Assembly: GCA_038087875.1 (NCBI GenBank)
Contig: CM075988.1
Span: forward strand, 21,268,001 to 21,332,000
From: Malacoraja senta
Taxonomy: Eukaryota
Length of the DNA: 64,000 bases
Direction of reading: 5' to 3'
The notes under the pieces were generated by a model. It was not told the DNA's origin. It saw nothing but the letters and a program-made list of their open reading frames with translations, and searched no databases. Positions 1 through 11,949 of the stretch are shown in pieces. The translations under genes were made by a program, and so were the position numbers. Numbering within the stretch: the first letter of the stretch is position 1; each line of letters begins with the position of its first letter.

Positions 1-29
1 AGTACGAAGCGTTTTAGATCATTTCCTTT

Positions 30-265
30 GAGAAACAAGCCCCATGTCGACCAGCGATCACCCCATACACTAACGCTGCCCTACACACTAGGGACAGTTT
101 ACAATGTTTTACCAAACCCGAGTAACCCACAAACCTGTACATCTTTGGAGTGTGCGAGGAATCCGGAGAAAACCTACACGGTCACAGGGAGAACATAACA
201 ACTCCGAACAGGCAGCACCCGTAGTCAGGATTGAACCCGGGTCTCTGGCGTCGTGAGGCAGCTTT
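30..265 (-). mobile_element. V-SINE (HE1-like), degenerate
   Basis: Reverse complement of B-box GGTTCAATCC, V-domain and 3' tail, as in the other copies. Confidence 0.8.
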
Positions 266-469
266 GAGAACTCTGGCAATCAGTGAGAGACTTGCATTGA
301 TCGAACACCTTTCAACTGCAACTTAGCTTCTTTTTGCTTCATTTCCAAAAGTGTCAGCATTTCAAAGCACTTTCCACTGATGTTTGAGATGAGGTAGACG
401 GTAGGTCAGGACTGCACTCCAGTTAGCTGGTGTTTAGTAGGCTTTTAACAAATACTGCCAACCTGCCCT

Positions 470-700
470 TCATATCCTGAACCATCTTACCACAACTAGG
501 GAGCATTCCTCAACCACTATTGAAGACCCTCGGACTATTTGTGACTGGATTTACCTTGCACCAAGCGTTATTCCCTTTATAATGTATCTGTACACTGTGG
601 ACGGCTTGATTGTAATCATGTATTGCCTTTCCACCGACTGCTTGGCACACAACAAAAGCTTGGTATAGGTGACAATAAAATAAACTCAACTCAACTCAAA
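470..700 (+). mobile_element. Rex1/Babar-like LINE 3' UTR fragment
   Basis: Same 3' UTR as the copy at 60365-61385, which follows a DSFFPAVIRRLN C-terminus; ends GACAATAAA-(CTCAA)n. Confidence 0.65.
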
Positions 701-2029
701 ACCAATGAAAATTAATATGATCGGCTTCACTCGTGCCAGGTTTGTGAGAGGAATCCATCGCTGCTCAGTGCAAGCGATCGCTGGGCGGTTGTGGACTCGG
801 TTCCATTGAGGTTCTAAGAGTAAACAAGCGGTGAGTGCTACAGCCAGAAGTTCAGTTCAGTTTAGTTTATTGTCCCGTGTACTGCTTTTGTGCCGCGAAA
901 AGCTTTTGTTGCGTGCTATCCAGTCAGCAGAAAGACAATACATGATTACAATCGAGCCATTGACAGTGTAGAGATACATGGTAAGGGAACAGATTTAAGA
1001 ATGTGGAGCGATTGTAACATGTGATTGTAGATCGGCTTCTGTGGCCAGCACGCAAATGGTCGCCTGGGCTGGCCGCCATCTTGGAAGATCATTCCCTTCC
1101 CCACTATTAGCCTCAGCGATCAAGGCCAGCTACCCTTCCCCCGCTTTTCAATTAGAACCAGCCTTGAAATGGTCGATCATGGAAGTGCTGATTCATTGAG
1201 AGATCCTCAGCACTTTGGTAAACACACGGATAAACATGTTTCTAGTGACCCTCTGTGCTGCCCACATCTCCTCTGGTGCCTTCCTCTTGTCTGAATAATG
1301 ACCACGTTTCATGCATGGGTTGCCTCATCATTCTGCATGTGTTTTGTACACAGATTTCTGCTTCAGGGGGAATTTCAGATTTTGTTGTTGTTGTCAAAAT
1401 CGACTTCATTTTTTTTTTCCCCATTTGCTTCTGGCCAGTTACTGCAATGATCTTGTGTCCTTCAGAATCTCATCTCCTGCGTGTTGTGCAGTAAATTAAC
1501 CCTGAAAGTGATCACAAAGAGACGCCCTTAGGTGCAGTAAACACTGATGTACAGTAAGGTGCAGTTACTCTAATCCTTCTCTGGTTCCCAGTCGGGATTT
1601 CCGTTTGAATGAATAAGTTTATTGGCCAAGTATTCACATACAAGGAATTTGCCTTGGTGCTCCGCCCACAAGTGACAACATGACATACAGTGACAGTCAG
1701 GAATGACACATACAACATTAATGTTTAATTTGAGTTGAGTTTGAGTTTTGAGTTGGGTGTTGGAAGTGCTAAGACTTCAGTTATTGTTGTGCTTGGGAGT
1801 AACTACCTCTTGTTAGCCCGTTCGTTGGTCACGCTGTAAGCAGAAGCACATCTGACCCGTCCGCTCACTATGGGCTTCCAACTCCAGTCTGCTTGAACCG
1901 AAGGCACAAACCCAATGTCCGGGGAACTTGCCTCCAGCTAAAGCCCATCTGCACCGCACCAAGGTGGCACCATTGTGCCTCCACCATTGCTACCGACAGT
2001 TGTCATCAAAGAGAACCTGGCCTGGGGAA

Positions 2030-2280
2030 GAGAAGAATGGAGTGGGTCCAGTTCTCCGGTTGCACGTGGGGCCTTGAAGTAAAGCAAGTTGCCAGAAGAC
2101 CCTCCGGTGCAAGGGTGCATAAGGAGTTGACCCCGGCTGTTGTGGACCCAGGTGAAGAGCAATGCCTCTATGGGGAATGGTCCGAGAAGAGGACTAATCG
2201 TGGATCTCCAATGCAGCGGGTTCTTTAGGTAGAATGCCACAAGAGGTTCAATGACCTCACATGTGCAGTCAGTGAAGGGC
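2030..2280 (+). pseudogene. Decayed Myb/SANT-like DNA-binding domain, probably from a PIF/Harbinger transposon
   Basis: Frame of ORF 1893..2228 continues through TAG (2226-2228) as QFSGCTWGLEVKQVARR...EWSEKRTNRGSPMQRVL*VECHKRFNDLTCAV, resembling the (W)xQCRKRFNDL third helix of Myb/SANT-like proteins. Confidence 0.4.
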
Positions 2281-3568
2281 ATGACTCATTGTCCGTGCCA
2301 CTGGCTCCAGTCACTGTTCAATGCACCATTCCCAACACTCGGTAGCCCCGTTCATCAGTCAAGTCAAACATCCTTAGACTGGACTACTCCCTCGTATGGT
2401 CAAGGAAGATGCAAAGTTCACAGGACGCATCGTCTTCGCTTGGATGATCAAGATGACCAGTGCCCATCCACTGGTGATGCTCTCTTACAGAACTGGAGGC
2501 TCAAGGAAAGGGACGAATCCTGCCTATGTATCTCAGCCCCACAGAGAGGAGAGTGCTGGCTATTGTCAGAGTGTGCCGGCTTATTGTCAAAGTGGCCATC
2601 ACGGAAGCTCAGGCAGTGGTGAAGATGAAGGCTTCCTTGCACTGAAACACCGCCGGGACCCCCCCCCCCCCTCTTGTCCCACACTCTCGACCATGGAAGA
2701 TGCACCCCTTACATTCACCTTTCCATATAGACCTACCCTCTCCCACTTGCTGTTCTCAGGTACCCCAGGGATTGCCACCTGGCCAGGTGCTGGACGACAA
2801 TGTTGGTGAAGATGAATATACCGTTCCTAGGTTTCCCACCACCACAGATCCCGAAGCTGAACAGCGTGGAGATAGGGGTCTGCACCGGTTTTGTGCTGCC
2901 AGGCACCGGGGTGGAGGACGGCGAATGGGTGGGTGGGGGGGGGGGGGGGGGGAGGTCAGAAAGGATCTGCTGCCGAGACCTCAAGTGCTGACTTTGTCTC
3001 GGCGGCTGATCAACCAAGGCCGAAGGGTACGTGGGTGTGGAAGTCCTTGGGTAACTGGAATGCCCACCAAGATGTCCCGTGGAGCAGGGAGGAATCCAGC
3101 ACCATCTTGGTGCCATGTTGGGCAGGACTTGAGCGGTCCATCCGTTGCCAATGTGTTTGCTACACCCTTGCAGCCACCCATGCAGGGCTTCAATGCCAAA
3201 GCCGCAGTTTCTGCTGCAACCACCTTCGGAGGCCACGCAGGAGCAGAGGGCGGAAGTGGAAGACTGGGCTGCCGCCTGCATGGGGGCAGATGGCGATGTT
3301 GCGAGGCTTGCTGACCGACTGAACCGTCTCCGACTCGACATTTGGACTATAACCACTCCAGCGACCTGCCTTCTGGTAGTTTTCCAGAGTTCCTCTGTGC
3401 CATCCTAGGAGATTAACAGCAACCCGGAGAACATGAGCCTGCCTCACTCTCTCTGCGTGACATCTGTCCTCCCACCCCACCACTCCACCGATGCCCATCT
3501 AGATCTCAGCCAGCTGTGAGACCTATTGGGCAGACCACAATGGTGAGGCATGAGTGGCTGGGTCGTCA

Positions 3569-3768
3569 NNNNNNNNNNNNNNNNNNNNNNNNNNNNNNNN
3601 NNNNNNNNNNNNNNNNNNNNNNNNNNNNNNNNNNNNNNNNNNNNNNNNNNNNNNNNNNNNNNNNNNNNNNNNNNNNNNNNNNNNNNNNNNNNNNNNNNNN
3701 NNNNNNNNNNNNNNNNNNNNNNNNNNNNNNNNNNNNNNNNNNNNNNNNNNNNNNNNNNNNNNNNNNNN
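3569..3768. other. Assembly gap (200 N)
   Basis: Run of exactly 200 N. Confidence 1.
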
Positions 3769-3917
3769 TCCTGCACCTATTGTCTATTGTCTATTGAGAC
3801 CTTTCTTCAGACTGTGAAGTGACTGTGATGTGAATTGCAGAGCTATTACAGCACAGAAACAGGCCCTTCGGCCCAAACTGTACAGGCCGACCGATTTAAC
3901 TTAAACCAAACCAGTGC

Positions 3918-4160
3918 CATTTCCCAGCTGTTATCAGGCAACTGAACCATCCTCTCACCAACTAGAGAGCGGTCCTGAGCTACTATCATCCTCACTGGAG
4001 ACCCTCGGACTATCTTTGATTGGACTTTACTGGACTTTATCTTGCACTAAACGTTATTCCCCTTATCATGTATCTGTGGATGGCCCGATTGTAATCAAGC
4101 ATTGTCTTTCCGCTGACTGCTGAGCACGCAACAAAGGCTTTTCACATAAGTTAAACTCAA
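3918..4160 (+). mobile_element. Rex1/Babar-like LINE 3' end
   Basis: TTTCCCAGCTGTTATCAGGCAACTGAAC (FPAVIRQLN) followed by the family 3' UTR. Confidence 0.7.
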
Positions 4161-4309
4161 ACTTGCCTGTACAAGGACCATATCCCTCCAAACCTGTCCT
4201 ATCCATGTACCTGTCCAAGTGTCCTTCAAACACCCAGTTCTGCAACTTCCTCTGTAGCTCGTTCCACATACACACCACCATTGGTGTGGGAAAAGTTGCC
4301 CTTCAGGTC

Positions 4310-4606
4310 TAGTTTAGTTTAGTATAGAGATACAGCATGGAAACAGGCCCTTCGGCCCACCGAGTCCATGCCGACCAGCGATCCCCGCACATTAGTTCTG
4401 GCCTACAAACCAGGGGCAATTTACAGAAGCCAATTAACCAACAAACCTGTGACTTTGGAGTGTGGGAGGAAACCGGAGCAATCTGGAGAAATCTCGCGCA
4501 GGTCACGGGGAGAACGTTAAATCTCCATACAGACAGTATCCGTAGTCAGGATCGAACCTGGATCTTTGGCGCGGTAAGACAGTAACTCTACCGCTGCGCC
4601 ACCATG
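4310..4606 (-). mobile_element. V-SINE (HE1-like), near full length
   Basis: A-box TGGCGCAGCGG, B-box GGTTCGATCC, V-domain and (CTAAA)n tail on the minus strand. Confidence 0.9.
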
Positions 4607-4654
4607 TTATAAAGATAGGCTGGAGTGTAAGATGTTGGGGGAGCAGAATTGTTA

Positions 4655-5030
4655 TAGGAGCAGAATTAGGCCATTCGGCCCATCAAGTCTACTCCGCCAT
4701 TCAATCGTGGCTGATCTGTCTTTCCCTCTCAACCCCATTTTCCTGCCTTCTCCCCATAACCCCTGACACCCGTACTAATCAAGAATCTGTCAATCTGTGC
4801 CTTAAAAATATATCGAGTGACTTGTCCTCCACAGCCGACTGTGGCAATGAATTCCACACCCACTGACTAAAGAAATTCCTCCTCATCTCCTATCTAAAGG
4901 TTCATCCTTTTTTCCTTTGGCTGTGGCCTCTAGTCCTAGACCCTCCAATTGGTGGAAACATCCTCTCCACATCCACTCTATCCAGGCTTTTCACTATTCA
5001 GTAAGTTTCAATGAGGTTGTCCCCCTCATC
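4655..5030 (-). mobile_element. CR1-type LINE 3' fragment
   Basis: Reverse complement of the ORF2 C-terminus and the GGGCCGAATGGCCTAATTCTGCTCCT tail. Confidence 0.85.
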
Positions 5031-5844
5031 CTGAAGGAAAAGATTGGGGGATGAGCCAGGAATGGGATGGAATTCCCAACCGGACCTACTAACCACACTA
5101 GACATTTCAAATACTTTTTTGCCTTATTGGCAAACCCGATCGCAAATCAATAGTTTGCACATTCCTCAGCGTCACCACTAGTAACCGGAATGGCACTTGT
5201 TTCTCTTGCGTTTATCCTCTTCTCCACATTGTTGAATTTTCAGGAGCTGAGGTGGAAATATGCTGCTTTCTTTTGTTGCCAGAATGTGTGTGAATGTTAC
5301 AAGTGCTGCAATTAAGATTGACAGGGTGGCTAGACTGCTGGGTATTGTAGACAGTCAATACTCGCATACCCACAATGGCGACTGGTCGTCCGAGGCAGCG
5401 TCAGAGAGCCAGGAGGTCAGAGGCTTGGATCCTCTTTAGCGAACGTCAACACAATCTAGTCTGGCTCCTCTGTGCCGTTGCTGGGTTTGTCCCTGTCAGA
5501 GCGGCCGACCTTCTGAGATACATAAACTCCATCCTCCCCCCCCCCCACCCCCCACCCCTCCCTTCACAGGAGAACGTATTTGTTCCCCCCGGTCAACTTC
5601 ACCGAGACAGACGATTGTGTGTCGTGTGTCACTAAGTATCTCAGCGGGTCAGGCGGCATCTCTGGAGAAACAAGAATAAGTGAGTTTCCTGGACGTAACC
5701 CTTCAGACTGAAAGATAAATGGGGGGGGGGGGGAACGGGGTGAGAGGGGGGGGGGGGACAGGACAACCTGGAGAGAAGAAAAGGCCGGCAACAGAGAACC
5801 TCGGCAGCCCTTGTATCCCTGACGTTAGCACAACTTTCCTAGCC

Positions 5845-6136
5845 GACGGCATGGTGGCGCAGCGGTAGAGTTGCTGCCTCCAGCTAATGCAGCGCCAGGT
5901 TCGATCCTGACTACGGGTGCTGCCTGTACGGAGTTTGTACGTTCTCCCCGTGACCTGCGTGAGTTTTCTCCGGGATCTTCGGTTTCCTCCCGCACTCCAA
6001 AGACGTACAGGTTTGTAGGTTAATTGGCTTGGTATAAATGTGAACATTGTCCCTAGTGTGTGTAGGATAGTGTTAATGTGTGGGGATCACTGGTGGGTCG
6101 AAGGGCCTGTTTCCCCGCTGTATCTCTAAACTAAAC
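5845..6136 (+). mobile_element. V-SINE (HE1-like), full length
   Basis: tRNA-like head with A/B boxes, V-domain GGAGTTTGTACGTTCTCCCCGTG, tail CTGTATCTCTAAACTAAAC. Confidence 0.9.
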
Positions 6137-6304
6137 AATGGGCCATGATGGACTCCACCCTCCCTGAGGTCACCTGTTGCCGGCCCCGTTTTGTGCTGGC
6201 CATCCTTCTCTATCTTTCAGTGAGAAGTAGTTGATCGATTGCCGCGTGCCTCGTGCCCTGCTTGGTTCATTGAAGATCCAAAGCAGCATCTCCTTTCTTG
6301 TGAG

Positions 6305-6535
6305 GCTAGACACCAAATGCTGGAGTAACTCAGCCAGTAACTCAGCGGGACAGGCAGCATCTCCGGAGAGAAGGAATGGGTGACGTTTCGGGTCGAGACA
6401 CTTCTTCGGTCTGAAGCAGGGACTCGACTCGAAACGTCACCCATTCCTTCTCTCCAAAGATGCTGCCTGTCCCGCTGAGTTACTCTAGCATTTGGTGTAC
6501 ATCTTCTGTCTAAACCAGCACCTGCAGTTCCTTCC
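6305..6535. mobile_element. Penelope-derived foldback element
   Basis: Inverted arms TGCTGGAGTAACTCAGC...GCTGAGTTACTCTAGCA around a central GAAACGTCACC motif. Confidence 0.75.
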
Positions 6536-6654
6536 GGCGCATCTGCTATCTTCTGTCCGGAATTAACTGGGCTTGTGCTGAGTTTCTCATGATATAGGAA
6601 CATCCATTTGGATTATCGACCCAATGCTGAATCTCAGAGCAATCTCCACTTTGG

Positions 6655-6955
6655 ACTTTGGCGATACAGCATGGATACAGGCCCTTCGGCCCACCGAGTC
6701 CATGCTGACCAGCAATCATCCCGTAGACTAGCACTACCCGACACACTAGGGACAATTTATAATTTATAAGAAGCCAATTAACCTGCAGACGTGTACTTTT
6801 TCGGAGTGTGAGAGGAAACCGGAGCACCCGGGGAAAACTCCAAGTGTCACAGGGGGAACGTACAAACTCCGCGCATCCAGCACCCGTGGTCAGGATCGAG
6901 CCCGGGTCTCTGGCGCTGTGAGGCGGCAACTCTACCGCTGCGCCACCGTGCCGCC
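6655..6955 (-). mobile_element. V-SINE (HE1-like), full length
   Basis: A/B boxes, V-domain and tail on the minus strand. Confidence 0.9.
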
Positions 6956-7099
6956 ATTCTCCCACTTATTTCCCCTGCGATCTATTCTCACTCATATCCC
7001 CACCAGCCCCCACTCACCTCCACATCGGAGGCAAGATACAGCAGGCAATTAACCTAACAGCCCGCACATTACTTAGAGACACGGCAGGAATCTGGAGCA

Positions 7100-7486
7100 C
7101 ATATATGAAACATATAAGATTGTTAAGGGCTTGGACACGCTAGAGGCAGGAAACATGTTCCCGATGTTGGGGGAGTCCAGAACCAGGGGCCACAGTTTAA
7201 GAATAAGGGGTAAGCCATTTAGAACGGTGACGAGGAAACACTTTTTCTCACGGAGAGTGGTGAGTCTGTGGAATTCTCTGCCTCAGAGGGCGGTGGAGGC
7301 GTGTTCTCTGGATGCTTTCGGGAGAGAGCTAGATAGGGCTCTTAAAAATAGCGGAGTCAGGGGATATGGGGAGAAGGCAGGAACGGGGTACTGATTGGGG
7401 ATGATCAGCCATGATCACATTGAATGGCGGTGCTGGCTCGAAGGGCCAAATGGCCTACTCCTGCACCTATTGTCTATTGTCTATTG
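7100..7486 (+). mobile_element. CR1-type (HER1-like) LINE 3' fragment
   Basis: ORF2 C-terminus RTRGHSLRIRGKPFRT..HFFSRRVVSLWNSLP; (TCTATTG)n tail. Confidence 0.9.
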
Positions 7487-7822
7487 TCACCCTCGGAAAA
7501 CCCACGTGGCCACAGGGTGAACGTGCTAACTCCACACAGACAGTGCCGGAGGCTGCGCTAGAATCCAGGTGGCCAGAGCTGCACTACCTGCTGTGCGTCA
7601 CTCCGCCGCCTTACTTGTGTCATGAATTACACAACACTCCAGCGCTTCCACACAGCAGGACGCCAGAAAAATAATCTGCTCCGCTGGACGCTATCTCCTC
7701 CTCGAAGGTCAAGTTCTGAACCTGTGACATTGAACAGTCTCTGCGCTGAATGCCAATGTTCAGATGCTGCACTATTAAAACCCGACACTCAATGAAAGTT
7801 CATAAGTGATAGGAGCAGAATT

Positions 7823-8183
7823 AATAATAATAATAATAATGGATGGGATTTATATAGCGCCTTTCTAATACTCAAGGCGCTTTACATCGCATTATTCATT
7901 CACTCCTCAGTCACACTCGGTGGTGGTGAGCTACTTCTGTAGCCACAGCTGCCCTGGGGCAGACTGACGGAAGCGTGGCTGCTAATCTGCACCTACGGCC
8001 CCTCCGACCACCGCCAATCACTCACACACATTCACACACATTCACACACATTCACACGCAGGCAAAGGTGGGTGAAGTGTCTTGCCCAAGGACACAACGA
8101 CAGTATGCACTCCAAGCGGGATTCGAACCGGCTACCTTCCGGTTGCCAGCCGAACACTTAGCCCATTGCGCCATCTGTCGTCC
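7823..8183 (-). mobile_element. tRNA-derived SINE of a second family (CORE-like) with L2-type tail
   Basis: Minus strand: A-box TGGCGCAATGG, B-box GGTTCGAATCC, GTGTCCTTGGGCAAGACACT, tail AAAGGCGCTATATAAAT...(ATT)n. Confidence 0.8.
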
Positions 8184-8253
8184 GTTCGACCCGTCAAGTC
8201 TACTCCGCCATTCAATCGTGGCTGATCTATCATTCCCTCTCAACCTCTTAAGT

Positions 8254-8881
8254 CAGAGGGGTCGGCGACCTTGTTCTGCCAAGGGGCCAGGACACGTGTC
8301 TGTGAGCGGATGGCGGGCAACAACTACCACGTTGTCACATGGATCCCGCCCCGAATGGCAGGCATCAAATCACGTGTTCACATGGATCCCGCCCCATTCC
8401 TGCCCCGAATGGCAGGCATCGAATCACGTGTTCACACGGATCCCGCCCCTTCGAGGACGCCACCCGGAGCACTGGCCCCTCGTTACGAGCGCTCACGAAC
8501 ACGGCGCACCTACGGACCATTGCCTTGGCTCTGTCCTGAAGGCGGTGGCTCAAATACTCACACTCACTCGTCCCCAGGCCTATTGACAACCGCGATCCCG
8601 ACAGTGAAGCCCAGACACAGAAGGTGCGCGGCCGTGCCGGATGCTTTGCGCAGGATGCGGTACAGCCAGATTACCTTCCAGGTACCGGAGGTAGGAAAAA
8701 AAAATGCTGGAGAAACTCACTCCAGCATTTTGTTTCTACCATCGATTTTTCCAGCATCTGCAGTTCTTCCTTAAATATTCCAGGTACGGGAGATGACGGA
8801 AGTCTGCGGGCCGGATGATTGAGGGAAAAAATACGCCTGCAGGCCGGATTCAGCCCGGGGGCCGTGGGCTGCCGACCCCTG
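8254..8881. mobile_element. Non-autonomous hAT element
   Basis: TIRs CAG(A)GGGGTCGGCGACC / GGCTGCCGACCCCTG; exact 8-bp TSD TCTTAAGT at 8246-8253 and 8882-8889. Confidence 0.85.
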
Positions 8882-9609
8882 TCTTAAGTGAACGGTAGGC
8901 TTCAATTCGAAAGAAAGAAAACACTCCACAGCCTCCTGATCTAAAGGGCGGCGCGGAAGGGATTAGAACACCTGCCTCACAGCGCCAGAGACCCGGGTTC
9001 GATCCTGACTAGGGGTTGCTGTCTATGCGGAACTTGTATGCTCTCCCCGTGACCTCTCGGGTTTCCTCCGGGTGCTCAAGTTTGTAGGTTAATTGACCTC
9101 TGTAAAATTGGCCCCCAATATGCCAGGAGCGTATGTGAAAGTGGGATAACATAGAGCTGGTACGCATGGGTGATCGATGGTCAATGTGGACTCGCTGGGC
9201 CGAACCTGCTGCTGTTTCCACGCATTATCTTTCCATTAATCAATCAATTCTCGAGAAGAAAACACCCCATTGCTGCGTTCCAACCAAGAATCAAAGCTTG
9301 TGCCTTGGTTTGATACGCTCATGACAGAAATCACTTTAGTCGGTCGCCAAATCATTCCTCCAGATTGCAATAGCATTTTCCGTGTTTCATACACAAGTGA
9401 CAATTCCCTGCTGCACAAATCTACAGGCTTATCTGTTGTATTCATAAGATTTGGGATGACATTTTTGCAGGGACTGACATCAAGGCAGATGCCAGGCCAC
9501 CATAATCCATCACTTCACACAGACCTGATTTCTCAAAGACACTTTAGGAGGAGGATACGGTTTCAGGGAAGGTTCCAATCAGTCAGTCAAAGATGGCCAA
9601 TGATTGTGG

Positions 9610-10385
9610 TTAGTTTGTTTAGTTTAGTTTAGAGATACAGCACGGAAACAGGCCCTTCGGCCCACCGAGTCCGCACCGACCAGCGATCCCCGCACATTAA
9701 CACTATTCTACACGAACCAGGGACAATTTCACATTTATACCGAGCCAATTAACTAAAAACCTGTACGTCTTTAGAGTGTGGGAGGAAACCAAAGAAATCG
9801 GAGAAAACCCACTCATGGCAGCGAGAGAGTTGCTGCCTAACAGCTCCGGAGACCCAGGTTCGATCCTGACTACAGGTGCTGTCCGTGCAGTTTGTACGTT
9901 CCCCCCGTGACCTGCGTGGGTTTTCTCCCGGTTCCTCCCACATTCCAAAGACGTTCAAAAGTTTGTAGGTTAATTGGTTTTGGTAAAAATTGTAAATTGT
10001 CCCCAGTGCGTGTAGGGTGGCGCAAGTGTGTAGGGTAGCGGTGGGCCGAAGAGTTTGTTTCCACCCTGTATCTCTAAACTAAACTAGTGTGCGTCAGATA
10101 GTGCTAGTATACGGGGTGATCGCGGTGGGCGCAGACTCGGTGGGCCGAAGGGCCTGTTTCCGCGCTGATTCTCTCTGAAAAAAACATTCTGCACGTCTGA
10201 ACCGCAGCAGTCAAATTGTAGAAACAAGGAACTGCACGAAGTTTCCTTGGTAAACCGCTGGTTTGTAGGTCAACTGGCCTCTGTAAAATTGCCCCCAATT
10301 TGTAAGGAGCGGATGTGAAAGTGGGATAACATAGAACTAGTACGCATGGGTGATCCATGGACTACATGGACTCGGTGGGCTGATG
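9610..10385. mobile_element. Cluster of V-SINE copies and fragments in both orientations
   Basis: Minus fragment 9610-9812 abuts a plus copy 9815-10085; further plus tails run to ~10385. Confidence 0.8.
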
Positions 10386-10467
10386 GTGCTGCTGGACTGG
10401 TGACGTTTCGGATTGGGGACCCTACTGCAGGGTGTGGGGGGGGGGAAAGCAAGCTGGAAGAGTGGCG

Positions 10468-10767
10468 AGGCCACAGTTTAAGAATAAGGAGTAAGCCATT
10501 TAGAACGGAGACGAGGAAACACTTTTTCTCACAGAGAGTGGTGAGTCTGTGGAATTCTCTGCCTCAGAGGGTGGTGGAGGCCGGTTCTCTGGATGCTTTC
10601 AAGAGAGAGCTCGATAGGGCTCTTAAAAATAGCAGAGTCAGGGGATATGGGGAGAAGGCAGGAACGGGATACTGATTGGGGATGATCAGCCATGATCACA
10701 TTGAATGGCGGTGCTGGCTCGAAGGGCGGAATGGCCTACTCCTGAATCTATTGTCTATTGTCTATTG
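10468..10767 (+). mobile_element. CR1-type LINE 3' fragment
   Basis: GHSLRIRSKPFRTETRKHFFSQRVVSLWNSLP; (TCTATTG)n tail. Confidence 0.9.
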
Positions 10768-11949
10768 AGGCAGGACAAAGCTCGGCAGGTAAAGTCGAGA
10801 GCAGGTGGTTCATCTCTGCTTGTTCAGAGTCTTTGTTTTATTAGCAAGTGTTACGGTAATCACGTTGAACACAGACTAATATGTTTAGTACGACTTAATC
10901 AAGTGAGAATTTCTGTTACCACATTTTTTTTCCCTCTACCAAAGCCACGCGAATGGAGGAGACTACGCCTCGACATTTCACCGGTTCCACAACACTTTGA
11001 GATATTTCATGAAAGGCAGTGAAAGATGCAATACGAGTCGCTTCCAAACGCCTCTGCAAGTCGCACAATAACTGCCTGACATGAATGTAAAGGACCTGTA
11101 AACACAAACACAATTGTCCCAACGCAGTCTAAAGCTAAACAGAACCATGGGTGGAGTCCAAACAAAACAGGAAATAGCTGGAAGCAAATCTATTTCATTA
11201 TGAATTTAACACCCTGACACTGGTAGGAGTTGGGGGGGGGGGGGGGGGGGGGGAACACTCATTTGGCATCGGTTGACAAGTTTACTCATGAATATCTGCT
11301 TTTCATTCTCTCATTGTCCAAAGATCTCGTGCCCACTTTCACTGCATCTCCCTTCAGTTTAGTGTACAGATACAGCGTGGAAACAGGCCCTTCGGCCCAC
11401 CGAGTCCGCGCCGGCCAGCGGTTACCCCGTACGCCAATTCCATCCGACACACACTGGGGATACTTTACAGGAGTCGATTAACCTACCATACCTGCAGGCC
11501 TTTAGAATGTGGGAGGCACGCAGGTCACGGGGAGAACGCACAAACTCCGTACAGACAGCACCCGTAGTCAGGATCGAACCTGCATCATTGGTGATGTAAG
11601 GCAGCTACTCTACTGCTATGCCACTGTACCGCTCATAATTCAGATATGAGGCACATTAAGCACATAATTAATAGCGGGTCTAAAGGTTGGCAAATAAGCA
11701 TTAACATCATGACACCTTCCAACATCACTAATGTATGAGAAGATGCATCATGTTAAAGACAATGACCCACAACAACACAGCGAATGCTGCTGGATATAAT
11801 TCACAGGCGGACTAGCGACGAGAATTGAGAGGATTGAGGAGCTGTCAAAGACTGTCTTCCAACGCCAGGCAAGAACGGGAGCCTAATCACTAGGTTGCAA
11901 AATGGAACTTTCTAGATGCAAAACCAGCTGGAGTGGAGCCAGAACACGT

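Noticed and set aside
1242..1499. Overlapping 60-79-aa ORFs
   Set aside because: Lengths are expected by chance, with no recognisable homology.
3444..3822. ORFs spanning N runs (also 52793-53243)
   Set aside because: Gap artefacts, apart from the Tc1 N-terminus noted separately.
5845..5915. tRNA genes at A/B-box sequences (many sites)
   Set aside because: They are SINE heads followed by a V-domain and a LINE tail; no complete cloverleaf.
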